Of a stretch of DNA of 64,000 nucleotides, positions 60,899 to 64,000 are shown one piece after another. Both the position numbers and the translations under genes were made by a program. Numbering within the stretch: position 1 is the first letter of the stretch; each line of letters starts with the position of its first letter. The notes under the pieces are model-generated. The model saw nothing but the letters and a program-made list of their open reading frames with translations. It had not been told where the DNA came from and did not search any database. Origin of the DNA: Marsupella aquatica (taxonomy: Eukaryota > Plantae > Marchantiophyta); the NCBI GenBank assembly GCA_973895155.1, contig OZ316891.1, forward strand, positions 3,671,801-3,735,800, read 5' to 3'.

Positions 60899-62089
60899 CT
60901 AGCAGCTAGACAAAGAAGTTGGAAAGTACTCATATACCAAGCTCATACTTTCAACAAAGTAATAAGTGCCATGTCCATGCCGCAAATCTGCTCTCCATTG
61001 CCCTTGATACTGGTCCCCATTGGGATAAGTGTACACACCTTCACCGTGACGTTTACCCCTCAACCATGCTCCTATAATTCCAAGAAAGACATACATTCAA
61101 TGACCCTTACAATGGATGATATGCATTTGCAAAAGTTGGAACTAACTTGTACAATATTAACATGCTGAAACATTTACAAATTCACAAAATTATTATAGTT
61201 CATAATAATTAAAATGAAATTTACTTCGACTTGCATGGAAACTCATGTCCAAGTAATAGAGCCCTTTGCATTAGCACATCTGGTGAGGAAGTGAGGTCAG
61301 CATCTAGTGTAACAAGGAGGCCGGTCCAACCTTTGTAAATACTTTTGTCAGGATACTTCATGGTGCCTGTCCCATTCCTTTGATCATTTGAGTACTGGCC
61401 TTCATAAACTCCTCCCTTGACCCAAGTGTATTTCCCATTTCCATTCTTTCTACCATTTTCATAGTTTCCGACGTAGATGTCACCATTGGGAAATGTTGCA
61501 GTTCCCACTTTGTCTGGGATCCACCCTTCTTTGACCTCTCCTTCCCAAGTCTATATGAGGGTTTAGATTGATGAGTAAGTTCAATGTTCATATCAGCCAA
61601 AAATGACAAGAAGGAGAGGAAGAGCAAGAAAAAGAAAATTAAGACCAAGGACATGACAATTCATAATTTCAAAGCATACAAATGTATTCAAAGCATAGTA
61701 ATCAAACATACTTTAAAATGTGTTCAGGGAGTGGTGCAGCTATGAATTCTGTAATTTAGAAGAAATTTGTATAGAGCTGCAACCAAGAAGCGCAGGGTGA
61801 CATAATCATGACATCATATTAGATTTGAAGCTAAATCAAGTGTATCCCTGTAGCAATCAATCATCATTACATTATCATTTGAGAAGCATAGTAGAGCTTT
61901 TGTAGTATTTCTTAATAACAATTTTCACATGAATATGACAACAACTATTGGTGACCATATTCAGGACGCCAATCATCAGACATGAGTAGAATGCAAAGAT
62001 GACCAGCTTGGAGTACACACCACTGGCTCTTTCTCTTCTTCTTCTCCTTCTGTTCCTCCCTCTGTTTCATCGTCTCCAGTCTCCGACAT
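60406..62089 (-). CDS. RSPH1: MORN-repeat radial spoke head protein (RSPH1/RSP10-like), 4 exons (62021-62089, 61331-61550, 60938-61071, 60406-60726)
   Basis: Acidic N-terminus, then MORN repeats FPNGDIYVGNYENGRKNGNGKYTW, YPDKSIYKG, YPNGDQYQGQW..RHGHGTYYF, FIGNW..GQW; exon phases join. Confidence 0.8.
60863..60897. repeat. (AT)n microsatellite in intron
   Basis: About 17 AT units. Confidence 0.95.
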
Positions 62090-63055
62090 TGCCTTGCAAT
62101 AGTGATTTCACACGGAAGTATCTCCCGTGAAGCTGGGGGCTTTATTGCATCTGACGGGATGTATGTTATACAGCACTCACAAAAGCAAGGGCACTAAAAT
62201 GCACCATTGCACCTCAACCAGACACTTCTCAATTTAAGAGAGTTTTTGTATCTGGCACATGATACATATAGAAGATGTTGGTGAGCATATTAATATAGAG
62301 ACAACATTTAATGTAGGCATGCTGAATTTGTCTCTGATGATTAAGTACATGTTCATTTATGAGCAACTTACAAGAAAATGCCACAAGCACTAAGTTGCTC
62401 ACATTCCATACCACAATTCAACTCAAGGCCAAGTTAAGCTACTTAGATATGCTTGCACCTAGCACTTAGTATGGCACATGTAACAGCCATGGTAGGTATT
62501 CAATGGAGCTTGGTTGTACCGAGTGTGAGCTTTGTGATTTGCTTAGGGAAACAGTTGCAACCTTAATATCCTCATAATTTTCTGGCCCAGTAATTGATGG
62601 AATTTCCCAAGACAAAAATGGGTTGATCTGAATGTGTTTTTCCCCTAAGCCCACACTTGGTGTAATCGAATTTCACAGAGAGACTACAAGACAAGCTTGA
62701 TTGGGAAGTAACTTACTATGTTGGTCTGTTTAGCAAATTAATATATTTTGAGTCTAGCTTGCATTGATTTTCCTATTTATGTGCAATCAAACTCTTGTGG
62801 TAAGGCATCAAAGAATCTAGTTCATGCTCCATTGCACTTATCTAGCAGCTGTCCCTGCTAACCCTAATTTCAGTCAATGCCATTGAGATTCAATTAAAAA
62901 GGCAAATAAAGAGGAGAGCTCACTTATGATTGGTTGATAGCTAAAAGTGCTCTCTTTGCCATGAGTTCATGGTGATTAGTTGTTATATGTCATGTCTTGA
63001 CAGGCATGCACTGTCTAGAGCTTAAAGATACAAAATGAGACTTTGAATGAGTGTT

Positions 63056-63203
63056 TTTTACTGCTGAAGTGTGATGCAAATATGTGACATGATATTGTGG
63101 GACTCGATCTGGAGAAATGCTAGCCTTATTTTACTGCTGAAGTGTGATGCAAATATGTGACATGATATTGTGGGACTCGATCTGGAGAAATGCTAGCCTT
63201 ATT
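63056..63203. repeat. Perfect 73-bp tandem duplication
   Basis: ttttactgctgaagtgtgatgc...gctagcctta x2, identical copies. Confidence 0.95.
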
Positions 63204-64000
63204 AGTCAGATGACGTAAGGTACTCAAGTTTAGACCATCATTGATTTAATTTCCATGGTTTTCAAATGAATGACTTACAAAACAAACCAGCTCCTCTAAG
63301 TTGAGTTTCATCTAGTCATTTTTTTTGTTGGCAAAATTACCTCCTAGCTAAGAATGCACATTCTCAGTTTGAAAAACAATGATAATATGGTGACCCAAAT
63401 TTGAAGATTGGCTATATTGTGTAAAGAGTGGGTATGATAGTTAGTCGGAGAGATGATGAATATCAAGGGAGTTATCAGCCTGACTACTACTCATCATTGC
63501 CATAGCTGAATTGTCTTTGGAGACAATAGAGAAGGCAAAACATCACGTTCCTCCATTAGGTCAAAGGCTTGAGTCAGGTCATGCTTTGATTTTTAACTTT
63601 CAAGAGTACGTAGCTCCCCACAAAATGGCCAGAAATAATACTATTGCCACTACTATTTTGGCCCGATCAATGGAATACAAATGGAGCTGCCTACTCACTT
63701 GATGATCACCCTGAATTGGACAAGCCCTGATCCCACTTGTGCCTTAGTTTAATCCATGAGCATCAGATTGATCAGCAACCACTCATTTGTAGTGATTTAA
63801 GCGCGCTGTTCTCGCTGAGGTAAGCAAATGATGATTTAGTCTCTCCGTATATAACATAATTATATAGCAGGCGAGTTTTATACTGCTACATGTGTTTGAC
63901 TTTAAAATTATTTAACATAGATTTGTTTCATTTGGCTAAGATTGCAAATCACTTTCAACTTCAATTGCTTCGATTTAGTTTGTATAGAACCAGCATAGTG

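Overview
Intron-rich nuclear DNA of a flagellate-sperm land plant, most likely a bryophyte/liverwort (inferred from a radial-spoke MORN gene, a bryophyte-like LSU rDNA fragment and the TE content). From left to right: a Ty1/copia retrotransposon (minus strand; 5' LTR, PBS, gag, in-frame TGA, pol, running off the window) inserted in a decayed LSU rDNA fragment; ureD directly downstream of an 18-exon urease gene on the same strand; a 5.9-kb non-autonomous CACTA element containing a nested 5'-truncated LINE; MITEs and stacked tandem duplications; V-ATPase subunit B; plastid NTRC; a CIP111/AFG2-type AAA ATPase; and an RSPH1/RSP10-like MORN protein. Three signals stand out. (1) Urease and its activator UreD are head-to-tail, separated by a 396-nt spacer with no sense ATG, suggesting an operon-like bicistronic unit. 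(2) The region upstream of VHA-B has 7 micro-uORFs, and every upstream ATG stops within 2-4 codons. (3) A stop codon sits exactly at the copia gag/pol junction, followed by a hairpin and bracketed by an in-frame GT..AG. Gene models were assembled by eye from splice signals and remembered homologues; no searches were run.
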